Shown in pieces: positions 46,636 to 60,212 of a stretch of DNA of 64,000 nucleotides. The notes beneath the pieces are model-generated. The model had not been told where the DNA came from, did no database searches, and was given only the letters and a program-made list of their open reading frames with translations. Location of the stretch: positions 124,001 through 188,000 of the forward strand of contig NIVC01001518.1 in assembly GCA_002269645.1 (NCBI GenBank), given 5' to 3'. Both the position numbers and the translations under genes were made by a program. This stretch comes from Macrostomum lignano. Lineage: Eukaryota. The first letter of the stretch is position 1, and each line of letters begins with the position of its first letter.

Positions 46636-47160
46636 CTAGTTGGCAGGATCGAGCCGACTATGACAGAGCAGGGTCCGGAGGCTTCTCCCCTTGGTGTAGG
46701 CAGGCAGCACCGGGGTCTCGCAGTGGCGTATCACCCTGTCCTTCACCTTGGCAGCCAGGGCGTCGGAGGTCGCACAGTGGGGCAGGATCAGCGGGATGGC
46801 CGGTTTGTGCAGTACGCCGGCAAGTTCGTTGGCGCCGTGTGGAACACGAGTCGGACATTGTCGCAGCACTTGGTGCCACCTGCTGAAGGTCCAGAAGCTT
46901 CGACTTGATGGAAAAGAGTTACATCATCGAAGTCAGAGCTGATTCAGGCACATTCGGTCAATGTGCTGATGAAAGTTGGAGGCTTGGCAAGATCATATTG
47001 AGGTGCAGTTCTGATTTCCTGCGGCGCCAAACTGAGAACGGCGATTGCGCCTGAGCAGCTGTCTCGACTCCAATGACGATCTGGTCTCAAAGGACTCTGT
47101 TCTCCATTGTCTCCTCGTTAGCTGGCTTGCTATAATTGCAGCGTTTGATAGTCCTGATGG
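46636..47160 (-). mobile_element. Probable Penelope-like element fragment (RT thumb/linker)
   Basis: IPLILPH...LPAYTKGRSLRTLLCHSRL resembles the PLE post-RT linker motif; recognised from memory only. Confidence 0.4.
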
Positions 47161-48633
47161 GTTACGGCCTTTTCGGCTTTAGAAAAGCCTCCAAGCCTCA
47201 GGTCTCAGAAATAAATTAATTAGAGTCATGGCCCCCCACTCCTGTCAGATGGTCAGCCCCATGGTAGCTTGATCGTGTGGCGAGCAGTCTAGGTCCTATA
47301 ATTAAGAGAGGGACAGCGAGAGACAAGCAGGGAGAATTTTGAAGGTAGAAGTTAGTTAATACGCAGATTAGCTAACTCGCTGCCACCAGCCCGTGCGTCC
47401 TGGCTCACCACACCGTGACTTTCGAAATCGGGCTTCCGACTAGAAGGGGCTTTGCACTTACCTGCCAACTAGTGTCTTTTTGCTGTCAATCTTGAAGTCA
47501 TAGCCGATGATAAGGGACACTGCTGGGACTTGATCGCATTGGCCATGCAGGTACAGAGGGGACTTGTGCAGGGGATTCTTGCAGTGGCGAGTCTATGGGG
47601 TAGCTACATGTACTATTACATAGCTAAATACGAAGGATGGTACTTTTGGCCTTCAACACGCCAACTAGCCTCTCCTAGCGCTGATGATAGGCTAACTCGA
47701 GCTTCAGAGACCGCATGATTCATAACCCAAGCCGCTTGGCAATTCTAGAGTGCACAAAAGTACATCTCAAGCGCCGATTTTGCACTATTGGCAATTTCGC
47801 TAACTGATTTGATAGAGTGATCGACTGAGAACTGCCTTGCCATTGGTCCACTGTGACCGGCGCCTACTAGCTTAGCTACTCATCTGAGCCATCGGCGAAC
47901 AAAGATCACCGTTAAAAATAACTTCCAGATTTTGTGGATTTAACCTTCTCACTGAATCACTTCACACTTCAGATTGAATCGGATTAACCAGACTACTAAC
48001 AATATTATTGAATGACTTCTGCCTCAACAACAGCACTACAGAACAAAATGAGCAAAAGTGTCCGCCCAATCCAGCTACTGAAATAGGGGACAGATAAGGA
48101 ATCACCCAATCAAGCAAGTCTATGTGGCCTCTCACCCAACCAATCAGAAACTCAACAGCCGGAGACCAGGTAATCCACAGTGACCGAATCGGCTCAGTGC
48201 TTCGCAGCTGTAGGCCCGGGGTGATGCTGGCACAGTCTTCGCAGATAGCTAGCAGGTGATGATCTTAATCTTGATGATCGTCGCTGTCGACGGGGGAATT
48301 CGTCCTTGATGATGAGGGAGGTTGTCACAATTATTCCGTAATCCGAGGATCAAGAGACGACGGTCGTGACTCCGAAGGTTAAGAGGAGGTTGAGGCAAGG
48401 ACTTCGAGGGGGGCGGAGGGGGTGGCTCCGTATTTTGGCAAAAATGCGCTTGGTTCCCCCTTTGATTGCTCAGTGGCACAGCGCAAGTTTAAATAAAACA
48501 AAATAGACAGATTAAAATGAAAGTGTTCAGACTCTCGTGTGTCAACTTTATTCAAAAGTCACTAAGGAGGATTCAAAGTATCAGAATCAAAATTCAACAG
48601 CGCGTATCAGTTAATCAGTGTCAGTGCGTCTGC

Positions 48634-48740
48634 TATCTCTGCAGTGCTTAGCCATACTCAATGCACAGAGATAGGGCTCATATCTCCGCAGTGCTTAGCC
48701 ATCTCCAATGCACAGAGATAGGTCTCATATCTCCGCAGTG
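48634..48740. repeat. 47-bp tandem repeat, 2.3 copies
   Basis: TATCTC(T/C)GCAGTG at 48634, 48681 and 48728. Confidence 0.85.
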
Positions 48741-49539
48741 TATTTTACCACATACTTCAGCATTGCCGCCTATCTCGCCATTGCTAGTGCAGCAGCATCA
48801 TAATTCGCCCTACTACTCTCATGTGCTTTGAGTCGAAGCTCATAGAGGATCTGCGATATCTTAGGCTACTTGTAGATAGCTGTTTTTTAGGGTTGGATGC
48901 ATTTTTGCTTCAGAAAGCATTTTCCTCCAAGATATTACCAATGGTGACTTTACAAGATCATAACCTAATAGTGGGGTCGTACTATAAAGCTGTCGTAGCG
49001 TAAGTTTGATCTTACGTCGGACCTTTTACACTGCGGAGATAGGAGCTAAGAACGATCTTATGTTACGATGGCTTTATAGAACGGGCCCAGTAAATTTTAT
49101 AGTTTATTAAAAAACATGATTTCTTTCTTTGTTGTCTCCCGTCTCCCGCAGCTTTAACAGAGTTTAAAACGCTATTGAGCAATAGGAAAGAGTCCACAAA
49201 TGGATTGTGCACTGACTGGCTCAGTCTTTCCGCGAATTACGACTTCATTAAAAATTTTACTTCGGCGGAGAGGCATTTTTCTGTCGTTGTGGCGGAAAAG
49301 TTCATATTTATTCAGCCCAAATGATTTTTTACATTAAGAGAAAGCCTACTCACCTTTCGCCCCGCTCCGCCCTGTCGTGCAATGTACATCTGATCGTACA
49401 CTGGGCGCCCTCACCTCCCACGCGTCATTTTCTCTTCGCTAAATAAAGTCAAATCAGCCAGCGATCCAGAAGGCCTTTTTCGCATTCTCTCAACAAACTC
49501 TAAAGAGAAAATCAATTGAGTCGTGTCAATTCAATTACA

Positions 49540-49557
49540 TAGCGCCTGAACAGGGAC
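49540..49557 (+). promoter_or_regulatory. tRNA-Lys-type primer binding site of the BEL/Pao element
   Basis: TAGCGCCTGAACAGGGAC differs at 2 positions from the tRNA-Lys(UUU) PBS TGGCGCCCGAACAGGGAC and directly follows ...CA. Confidence 0.7.
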
Positions 49558-52500
49558 TATTCAGCATTTTTCTCTCTTCACTAGAGAAGTGAACTCTAGA
49601 CATGAAGCTTGAAAATCAACTTGCTTAGTCCGAGAGCAAGCTAAATCATCAGTTGTTTCATCGTCACAATCTCCTCATGCGTCGCTTCGTCTCGTCGTGC
49701 TCTCGGTCGTCGCTGGCTGTCTCTTCGTGCTCTAGGTCGTCGCTGGCTGTCTCGTCGTGCTTTCGTTCAGCGCTGGCTGATCTTCGTGTCGTCCGTCGTG
49801 TGTCGCCAGCTGGTCTTCGTGTCGTCGTGTGTTGCTAGCTGGTCTTCGTGTCGTCGTGCCTCGCCGGCTGGTCTGTCGTCGTGTGTCATCGGCTAGTTAA
49901 GTTCAGAATTTTCGGACAGACTATTTTTTTATTTCACTGTTTGATAACAACGTTACCATTGATACTCAGTTTCACTCACTATTTTGATACTAACTGTTTG
50001 CGTTAGATTTATCGTTTTTTCATTTTTTCGCTATTTTTTTCTTCTTGTCTTGGTCTTTTCTGCCGTGCTGAATGGAAGATCTGAAAAAGGATCGGGCAGT
50101 GTTGCGTCGTGCAGTGTCGTTGCTGCTTGACAAGGTACAACTTATGGTGGCCGCATCATGTGCTGGAAGTTCGGAAGATGAGATGCAGAGTCTGTTAAAC
50201 GTGCTGAGTCTGAAGAGGTCCGAGTTGTACCAAATTGATAACAAATCGCTCGGTTTTTCGTTGACGAAAATGGAGAAGAAAGAGACAAGCTTCAAGAGGA
50301 AGTTGAAAGAAGTAATGGCTACATGCTAAAACTGGAAGGAGCTGCTGCGGGGCTGAAGAGGCTGTTGGACCGTCTTGCTGAATCGAGGAGTCGCGCGGCT
50401 TTAGCGTCACAAACGGCTGGTTCTGCTAGGTCGAGTCGTTGCAACGTAAAGCTGCCAAAACTCACTCTGCCAATATTCGATGGTAGCGATGCAACTCAGT
50501 GACCGGCATTCAGTGGCCAATTCGATGCTGCCGTTCACAAGAACGACTGCCTATCAGATGTTGAGAAGTTCAGTTACCTCTTGGGTTGCTTGCGTGGTGA
50601 AGCTCGGCGTTGCGTCGACAACCTTCAGCTGACAGGACAAGACTATCATACTGCCTGGGAGTTACTCGTAGATCGGTACGGCTCAAAATAACATTTAGTC
50701 CAACACTTTATGAAGAAGCTAGAAGCCGTGAAGTGTCCTTCCGACTCTACCCAATGGCTTCGAGCCTTCATTGATACCACTCGGTCCTGCATCCGTGTTT
50801 TAGAGACTCTTGGTGTCTACCAGTCAAATTACGAAGTATTTCTGCTGCCGAGTCTTGAAGCAAAGTTGCCGGTCGGAATTAGAGGGGACGTGCTACGAGT
50901 TGGTCTATCCCAGTTGAAAAAGGAGGAAAATCTAACTGTCGAACTATTCTTAGACTCTCTAGATAGCGAAATCAAACTGCGAGAACGATGCTCGGCAAGC
51001 GGCCATAAGCACCCAGACGTTCCAAAGCCTGGTCCAGAGGGCTGCAGTACTCTAGGAAGCTCATCGTTAAAACTCAGCGTAGATTCTCCTTCTTCAACCT
51101 TCGTTGCTGGACCTGGATCTGCCAATCAGCAGAAAGCAGCATTCAGCAAACAAAAGGACGGTTCTCTGCTTTCCTGCACGTTTTGCCAAGGCAACCATTC
51201 GTCAGAATCTTGTAAGGTACACACCACCGCGAAAGCAAGGTTTCGTATCTTAGTCAACGGAAAGCGCTGCTTCTGTTGCCTGCGCGCAAAACACTCCGCT
51301 TCTGAGTGCCGTTCTAAACGTGCGTGCCGATGTTGTGGCAAAATGCATCATCCGAGCATCTGCCCCAGCCTGTATCCCACTGTAGGTAACGGGCCCGGAA
51401 ACCAAGCTGGTTTTTCGAAACAGTCAAAGCCGGAGCTAGTGTCGGAGTCCAGCAACGTGACAGCTGCAGCGGCCATGGATCACCTATCTGCTGCTCCAGA
51501 ATCCGATAGCCAGTCTCTGGTAGTGCACTCAAACCCAGCTGTTGTCATGCCGACAGCAAAATGCTTGCTGATAAGCCCAGATGGACAAACGAAACTTCCG
51601 GTACGTGTACTGTTCGACACAGCAAGTAACCAGACTTATATTCGGCACGATCTTAGTAAGCAGCTTGGATTAGAATCAGAAGGCACAGAAGTCCTCCGAG
51701 TCTGCACGTTCGGTGCCAGTAGCACCAAATTTAATTCGGAAATCGTAAAATTCAGAACCCGCCGATGGAATTCCCCCAGCGTTTTCTCTCTGCGCGGTTA
51801 CACAACTCCACGGATCTGCTCACCGCAAGCATCGGTCATGCTGAATGCTCATCCAGAGATACAATGCCTCGATCTCGCCAACCTGTCCAACCCGCGAGAT
51901 GCATCGGAACCGATCTCGATTTTGGTTGGTGCTGACTGCTTCTACGATCTTGTAGATGGCGAAGTATTTCGCACAGTGAGTGGTAAAGGTCCGGTGGCAG
52001 TGAAAAGCAAGCTCGGCTATCTGGTCAGTGGCAGATTCACAGTTTCTGCATCAGCGGATGATCATATGACGACTTGCACTCTTCACTGTGTCGGTGAGTC
52101 GCTAGCCGATGTTGTACGCTCTCAAGCTGCAGAGTCCATGCGCAACGAGATCCAGCAAACAGACAGCAGAGACAACAAACACGTGAATTTTCCACCAAAA
52201 CTTGAGTTTCGGCAAGGCCGCTACTCAGTCGGGTTACCGTTCAAGGACGGGCTGCGTGAGCAGTTGTCGGACAACTTGAATCTTGCTTACAAGCGGCTAA
52301 GCTTGACGGTGTCAAAGCTACGTCAAATCAATCAACTGACGGCGTATGACGCCATCTTCAAGGACCAACTCGCTCACGGCGTCATTGAATCAGCACTAAT
52401 ACGGGAGCCAAAAACGCTTAAGCACTGCATCCCACACCTTCCTGTGATAAGGGAGGAAAGTCAGACGACTCGACTTCGCGTTGTCTTTGATGCAAGTGTG

Positions 52501-53677
52501 AAGACAGCGACGGGTTACTCTTTTAATGACGTGCTGGAGGCCGGTCCGTGTCGACTGCCCTCCGTCTCTTCGTTGCTACTTCGCTTTCGAAATCATACTG
52601 TAGCTATCATAGCTGATGTCGAGAAGGCTTTTCTTCAAATCACTATTCGTGAGGAGGACAGCGACGCCCTTCGGTTCCTGTGGCTGGAGAACATAAGCGA
52701 CAAGAAGTCAAGTATTCACGTCTTCCGCTATGTGCGCCTTGTGTTTGGCCTGATCTCCAGTCCAGCAATCCTGCAACAAGTTCTGTTTCACCATTTCCGT
52801 ACAACAAGCAAGGCTTCCGAGACTGTGCGTCTGAAACTGTCTCAGGACACATATGTCGACAACCTAGTATCTGGCGCAGACTCCGAAGAGGAAGCAATGG
52901 CATTGTATCACATGACGCGGGGCGTGTTCCTGGAAGCATCGATGAATATACGCGGCTGGCTCTCAAACTGCTCAGCTGTGAACACCACTGCTCTTGAAGA
53001 TGGTTGTGGCGTGTCACATTCAAACAAATCACCAGTCAAGGTCCTTGGCATGCATTGGATTCCTGATAGCGACACATTTAATTTGTCGATTCGCGATCAT
53101 CCGGCAATCGGCTTGTCCGGCGAACGTCTGACCAAGCGTTCGACATTGTCAGCGTTCTCCAAGACGTTCGACCCTCTTGGCCTTCTTTGCCCCTTGCTGA
53201 CGCGAGCCAAACTGCTTTTTCAGCAGAGCTGCAAACCAAAGGTGCCGTGTGGGACGCTATGCTTCCGGAGCCCCTTCACTCGCAGTGGGTTGAATGCTTA
53301 GCTGAGTTCCGATGTTGGACGATGCCACTCGACCGAAGAGTCTTCAGACAGACGCCCTACGCAGCGTGCGTCTATATACGGTCTACATTCGATTCAGGTG
53401 ACGTCCAAGTTGCGCTACTGATGGGCAAAACACGCGTCGCGCCCATAGCTCCGACGACTATTCCACGGCTAGAGCTGATGGCTGCGAACGAGCTTGCTCA
53501 AGTCCTCGACGAAGTCCGCGCTGAATATCCGCATGGCTTCATCACCTGCTGGAGCGACAGCATGGACGTTCTGTGGTGGCTCAAGTCGACACACAAATTG
53601 TGGAAGCCATTCATTCAAAACAGAGTTTCCAACATTCGAGCAGCTGTGGCACCGGAGAAGTGGCGGTTCTGCCCTGG

Positions 53678-56600
53678 TGTGGTATATGCGTATATAAAGC
53701 ATATTTCATTTCACACACATTGGCCATAGACACTGCCCCTGTTAACCCTGCGTTCTAAAGCTAATATAAGGAGAGAAAATATAAAGGAAATGAATGTTAA
53801 CATCGGCATGGCAAGAGCCCGCTACCAAGCTTGAGATTACTAACCATAATTCACCTGGACTTCGAGTTGGTAACGAAAGTCGGATGTAACATTGGCGATG
53901 AGGATTCTTCAGAAGACAAAATGACCGCGCCAAATACTGCTTCGAAAATCAGCACATTTGATCCGGCACGACCTGAAAGGTGGACTGTATACGAGGAGCG
54001 TCTGGAACAATACTTCATCGCTAAATCCATCACCAAAGAGGAGATTAAGCGAGCCGAGCTCATCACAGTAATTGGTGAAGACTGCTATACGTTGCTCAGA
54101 GACTTACTGTCTCCAGACTCCCCGAAGGACAAATCCTACGATGATTTAATTGAAAAGTTACGAACGCATTTCACCCCAACGCCGAAAAGAATCGTCGAGA
54201 GATACAACTTTCATTACCGAAGCCAGCAGAAAGGCGAATTCATTGCAGAGTACGTCGCGCAGCTACGGAAGTTGGCGGCGACCTGTTCGTTTGGAGGCTT
54301 TTTGTCGGAGGCGATCAGAGACAGACTGGTTTGTGGACTACGAAGCAAGCTGACACAGCAAAGGCTGCTGCAGGAGGACGATGTTTCACTGGACGACGCA
54401 GTTAAAATCTCGACAGCAATCGAAATCGCAGAGAAGGGTGTAATGCAGATCCACACTGGAAGAGACATTGTCGGCCTGGCTCAGGCCAATGCGGTATATG
54501 GAAAATCATCTGCTAAGGGATCGGGACCGACAAATCCGGCCAGTTCAGACGACCGGTGCTACAGGTGCCTCTCTTCTGGGCACTGGGCGAGAAGCTGTCC
54601 CAAAAGATCGCATGTCTGCAGTCGATGCAATAAACCAGGTCATGTTGAGAAGGCGTGCAGGACGAAGCAGAAGCAGTTCAGCGGAAACCAACCGCCGCAC
54701 AGCAAGAAGAAGTTCGAACCCAAGCAGAGCTACAAAAATAGGAAAATAAAGCATCTGAGCGCAAATGGAAGCCCCGGCAGTAGTGAGGAGTCGTACGATT
54801 TCTCTGACGTCAAGAACGTCGCTGTCAATTCAAATTACGAGGCTAAGCGAATGAGCGCACAGAAGGCTCGGTTCAAGCCTTTCACAGAGACACTGCAAGT
54901 CAACGGGTCTCCGATTAAATTCGAAGTGGACACCGGCGCCGAGCGCACAATTGTAAACAAATCGACAGCGGAACTGATCCGAGTTAAACCGCGCGGCACG
55001 ACCTTGGTCCTCACATCTTATTCTAACGAACAGATTCCCCTACTTGGAGAGGCTGTGGTTCAGGTTGTAATTGGCGACATTGCGACGGAGTTGTAGGTCG
55101 TCGTCACTGACGGCACAAAGCAGAACCTGCTAGGTCGCGATTGGATAACGCAGCTTGATCCCCTGGCCCGGAAATACGCAGGAGAAGCGTCAGCAGTGGG
55201 AATTCTTTCCCTCGATGCTGATCACGAGCTCAAGACGATTCTAGAAGAAAATTCGGAATTATTCTCAGATGGTCTTGGGAAGATAAAACATTATACAGCC
55301 AGACTGCATCTCAAGGAGAACACAACTCCAAAGTTTTGTAAAGCACGACCGGTACCATTTGCTCTTAAGCCCGCCATCGAGCAGGAACTCAAAAGCCTAG
55401 AGAATCAGGACATTATCCGGAAGGTGAAGACGTCTGACTATGCAAGTCCAATCGTCCCTGTGCTGAAGAAGGATGGAAAATCGATACGAATCTGTGCAGA
55501 CTATAAGCGAACCATAACCCTGCCCTCGAGGTGGACATTTATCCGCTAGGCAAGCCGGACGAACTGTTTACTCGACTCAGCGGAGGCAAATTCTTTACGA
55601 AACTGGACATATCTCAGGCCTTTCTTCAGCTGGAGCTACAGGAGGAGTGCCGCAAGTACACCACTATCAACACCCACATGGGCCTGTACGAATACAACAG
55701 ATTAGTTATGGGCCTGGCAAGCTCTTCAGCTCAGTTTCAGGAGGCTATGGACAAGATTCTGAGCGATACGGATGCGATTTGTTTCGTCGACGATATCGTC
55801 ATTAGCGCCGCATCACAAAGCGAGCATAACAAGAAGCTGAGAAACGTTTTGGTTCTGCTGAAGAACCACGGAATTAAACTGAACAAGAGCAAATGTGAAT
55901 TCATGATGCGCGAGATTGAGTTCCTCGGTCACGTGATCGACGAGAACGGCGTGCATCAGTCACCGAGAATTATGAGAGCCATCGCGGAGGCTCCAAGGCC
56001 AACCAATATTCCAGAAGTCCGCTCGCTAGTTGGGCTAATCAACTACTACAGGAAGTTCATCAGAGGCCTGTCCGACATCCTAGCACCTCTAAATGCATTG
56101 CTCCAGAAGGACGCTGAGTTTATTTTGAGTAACGAGTGTGAACGAGCATTTGTTGCGTGCAAGTCAGCTCTAGCATCTACTCAAGTATGAATACTAGTCC
56201 ACTACGACCCGGACAAGCCGCTGGTTGTTCATACCGACGCGTCATGCTATGGTGTCGGCGCGGTGCTTTCACACATTATGAGCGATTCGGATGAGAAGCC
56301 AATCTGTTATGCGTCCAGAGGCCTGTCCAAGGCTGAGAAGAACTATTCGCAAATAGAAAAGGAAGGTTTAGCAATAGTCTTCGCGGTGAAAAAGTTCCAC
56401 CAGTATTTGTAAGGCAGACGGTTTATTCTGGTCACTGACCATAAACCGCTTGTGACGATATTCGGTCCGAAGAACCACATTCCAAGCATAGCTGCCAGTC
56501 GGTTGCAGCGCTGGGCTGTGATTCTGTCAGCCTATCAGTTCGAGATTCGATACAGGCGGACAGACGAACATGGAAATGTGAACGCGTTGTCAAGACTGCC

Positions 56601-58266
56601 GCTGGAGAATACTAAGTCCACGGAGGATGGTGTGTTCTAGAATCGCATAGAGGCTCAACCAATCGACCATGGAGAATTAAAGAGAGCAACAGCGATGGAT
56701 GAAAATCTGTCCCGTGGTCTGCGATACTGTCGTTTTGGGTGGCCAGAACATAGCGAACAAGAGCTTCAGCCCTACCACTCGAGGCGAAACGAGCTGAGTG
56801 TTGAAGATGGAGTCATCTTTTGGGGCATCAGGATGTTGATCCCTGCTTCACTGAAGCAGCAGCTACTGCAACTGCTACACGAAGGGCACCCCGGCATTGT
56901 GGGCATGAAGTCCCTGGCACGGCTGCATGTATGATACCCAGGGATCGATAAAGACATCGAGACGGCTCTAACCAAATGCAAGGGTTGCCAAGCGCAGAGG
57001 AACCTGCCGCCACAGGCGCCACTGCAGCCGTTGCTCTGGCCAGAAAAGGCATGGACTCGACTTCACTTGGACTTCTTTGGTCCATGCTACGGGTTCATGT
57101 GGCTTGTCGTTGTCGATGCCACAACCAAATGGGTTGAAATTTACCCGATGAGGTCGGCGACTGCCCATGGCACGATCACCAAGCTGCAGGAAACTTTCGC
57201 GAGATATGGTTATCCGAGGCAAATCCTCTCTGACAATGGGTCGCAGTTCACTGCTGTGGAATTTAAAAACTACCTTCGAAGCTGCCGCATCACACAAATT
57301 TTGACGTCGGTGGGGCATCCAAGATCGAATGGACTAGCCGAGCGAATGGTTCAGACCGCCAAAAGAGCGTTAAGAGCGGGCATGAAGGACTCTCATGATG
57401 CACTAGGATGTCTAAATGCTTTTCTAGCGCGCTACCGAGTTACGCTACACTCTACAACCGGCAAGACGCCTAGCGAGATGATGCTAAAGTACTCGCCAAG
57501 AACTAAACTTAGTCATCTTCACCAGGACACCGAGCAAAGAGTTGCTGAGAAGCAGGAGCAGCAGAAGCAGCAACACGACAAGGGAGCTTCAAAAGTAGCC
57601 CGTGAGTTTGAACCTGGAGAATATGTGATCGTGCTCGACTTCAGAAAGCAAGGAGAGGACAAATGGGCAGTCGGAGAAATTCTTAAGCGCCGTGCACAAC
57701 TCTCGTATCTGGTGAAAGTAGGCCGCATGGTCTAAAAACGGCACGTGGACCTTACTTCGACAGGACTTCAAACGGAGAGCAAGGCCGCTTTGTCCCATGA
57801 ATTGCTGGAGCAGCTAATCGGGAAAGGCAATAACGAGTCGCAGGCAATTAACTCAGGCGGAGGAGCGACAACCAAGACTAGATGTGCGGAGACTGCCCAG
57901 GCCAGGAGGCATCGCTACAAGCATGAGGATGTGCCTCTAACTCAGACCAGACAGAGACCCCGAGCTGCAACTTGATGTGACGGAAATTTTTGTTTAAGAG
58001 GAAAACTTACTCTTTGCACAATCACGTACAAATTTTTCTAAGGGGAGACATATGTGGTATATGCGTATATAAAGCATATTTCATTTCACACACATTGGCC
58101 ATAGACACTGCCCCTGTTAACCCTGCGTTCTAAAGCTAATATAAGGAGAGCAAATATAAAGGAAATGAATGTTAACATCGGCATGGCAAGAGCCCGCTAC
58201 CAAGCTTGAGATTACTAACCATAATTCACCTGGACTTCGAGTTGGTAACGGAAGTCGGATGTAACA
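53678..58266 (+). mobile_element. Ty3/Gypsy (Mag-like) LTR retrotransposon nested in BEL/Pao
   Basis: 214-bp LTRs (53678-53891, 58053-58266; 2 differences); TSD CCTGG; PBS-like TGGCGATGAGG; PPT AGGGGAGA; gag CCHC x2, VDTGA, FVDD, RNase H, integrase; several stops and a frameshift near 55520. Confidence 0.97.
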
Positions 58267-58830
58267 CCTGGGAGGGACAACCCCGCCGACATTGCGACCC
58301 GACCAGTCGTGCCAGGCGCATTCGATTCATCTTCCCCTTGGTTTCGGGGTCCTGAGTGGCTGTCTCTGGATTTCTCGCTCTGGCCGGAGCAACCTGTGAT
58401 AGGCGACCAAAGCTCAAATCATCGAAATGCACACAGCTGCGCAGTCACACAGACGTCGACGTCAGAGGTACAATTGGCACGCATCCACTCCATCATCGAG
58501 GTGCAGCGCTACAATTCCTTGACTAGATTGCTGCGGGTCTCAGCGTGGGTTCTCCGTTTCATCAGCATTTTAAAACGGACGCGGCAGGCTACGACTGTCG
58601 AGCTGACGTCGGCAGAGCTGTTAAAAGCGGAGGAGTTCGGGATTAAATCGCTGCAGTCGCGTGACTTCGAAGCCGACATTCGCAGTCTTCCCGACAGCAC
58701 TGCCCGCACGCAGCTTAACAAGAACCTTTCGCTTTTCTTGGACTCGAAGGGTGTTCTTCGTAGCGCGGGAAGGCTTGGAGACACTCAGCTTTCTGACGAC
58801 AAAAATGAAGAAAGTGAGCTCGCTGAAACT

Positions 58831-59800
58831 GGGTCTACGACGTTTGCCAGCCGACGTTTGCCAGCGGGACGTTTGCCAGCGGGACGTTTGCCAGCTAAAT
58901 TTGCTAGCCAATATAAAGCCAGTCAGTGAAAAATTTGATACTGAAATATTTGCAGTTTAGCGGTTTGACAAAAACCGTTTTTACCCCAACTTTTTGACGG
59001 TTATTTGCATGTACAAGTTCGAAAGCAAAATCTATATAAATTATGAAATTTATTAGTCTAACATTAACATGTAATATATAGTTTAACAATGATTTTCTTT
59101 GAATGTGAAAATATAGTTTACTTTTGACAATGGTGTATTGTTTTTCCCAGTTTGAGATGGTTGATTTTTGATGTGCAAAATCTTCACGTAGATTAAAACG
59201 CGAATCTCTAGCGATTTAAGTTATGAAGCAAACAAAAAGAGCTGCTGAGTGGTAATTCTGGCTTATATATTTCTCAGTTCATTGGGAATGGGAGATCCAA
59301 AACTAAGCAAATTGATTCCAATGCTGTTTTATTACTACGCAAGTAAGCCAGGAAAATGCGATCGCAATGTACATGTGTAGACGAGTCGAATGCGGTACGT
59401 TTGTATAGTAAGCTAGCTGAATAGCCAGACAAGCCGCCAGTAGCAAGAACTAGTAGGATAGCAAGCGCTAGATACTACATATAGAAAGCTTAGTCACGCC
59501 AAGGACTACTAAAGTAGAAGGACGCAGTACTCGAAATCTATGAAAAAATGTTTTGAAGGCCATCAAATTTTTCACTGACTGGCTTTATAATGGCTAGCAA
59601 ATTTTAGCTGGCAAACTTCCAACAGGCAAAAGTCGGCTGGCAAACGTCCCGCTGGCAAATGTCGGCTGGCAAACGTCGGCTGGCAAATGTCGGCTGGCAA
59701 ATGTCGGCTGGCAAACGTCCCGCGGGCAAACGTCCGGCAGGCAAACTTCAGCTGGCAAACGTCGGCTGGCAAACGTCCCGTAGGCAAACGTCGCTATCCC
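58831..59800. mobile_element. MULE-like non-autonomous foldback element (970 bp)
   Basis: Long imperfect TIRs built of 14-bp CGACGTTTGCCAGC units plus a ~45-bp unique arm; 9-bp TSD GCTGAAACT / GCTGACACT (1 mismatch). Confidence 0.8.
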
Positions 59801-60212
59801 GCTGACACTCACAGCTCATTCTAAACTACTTATAAAGTTCCGGTCAGTAGTACATGTATTAAATAACAGTGAATAAGTAAAAGTTCTCATAAAACGTAAC
59901 GATACAGTATAAGTAGCAGCTCTGCGCAGTCTGAATTGAAATTTTAGCATGCAGCCTCACTCTGTGCGTGGGTCTCGTGAGGTAAAAGTGCAAAAAACTT
60001 GTTTTTACCCCTTGACGCATATGCAGCAGTTACTGCCATAGAATGTGGCGAGTTGGCAACAAAAAACAGGCCTTGACTTGAGAGGTTGAACTACGCTCGT
60101 ATTCGAGCCACACACAGAAGCAAGAATCGATATTTTGTCTTACCGCAAAGAAGCATAGCTAAATCATAATTAAAAACAATTAAATCACGGATTTCTTGGC
60201 CGGATTAACACA

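Larger units (their letters stand above)
49373..58800 (+). mobile_element. BEL/Pao LTR retrotransposon, decayed, 3'-truncated, split by a nested Gypsy
   Basis: Putative 5' LTR ending ATTACA at 49539 (start uncertain), then PBS TAGCGCCTGAACAGGGAC. Gag LPKLTLPIFDG..EKFSYL, Cys/His knuckles, LFDTAS protease, LRVVFDAS, ADVEKAFLQ, YVDN, LMGKTRVAP/TIPRLEL. CPG|RDNPADIATR is restored across the insertion. Confidence 0.92.

Noticed and set aside
46960-46990. Hammerhead ribozyme at CTGATGA near the Penelope-like fragment
   Set aside because: No stem II or GAAA follows, and the motif lies antisense within a coding-like segment.
49540-57735. APOBEC-like G>A hypermutation of LTR elements (TGG>TGA/TAA/TAG cases)
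   Set aside because: The stops arise by mixed routes (CGA>TGA, CAA>TAA, TAY>TAA). It cannot be supported without family consensus sequences.
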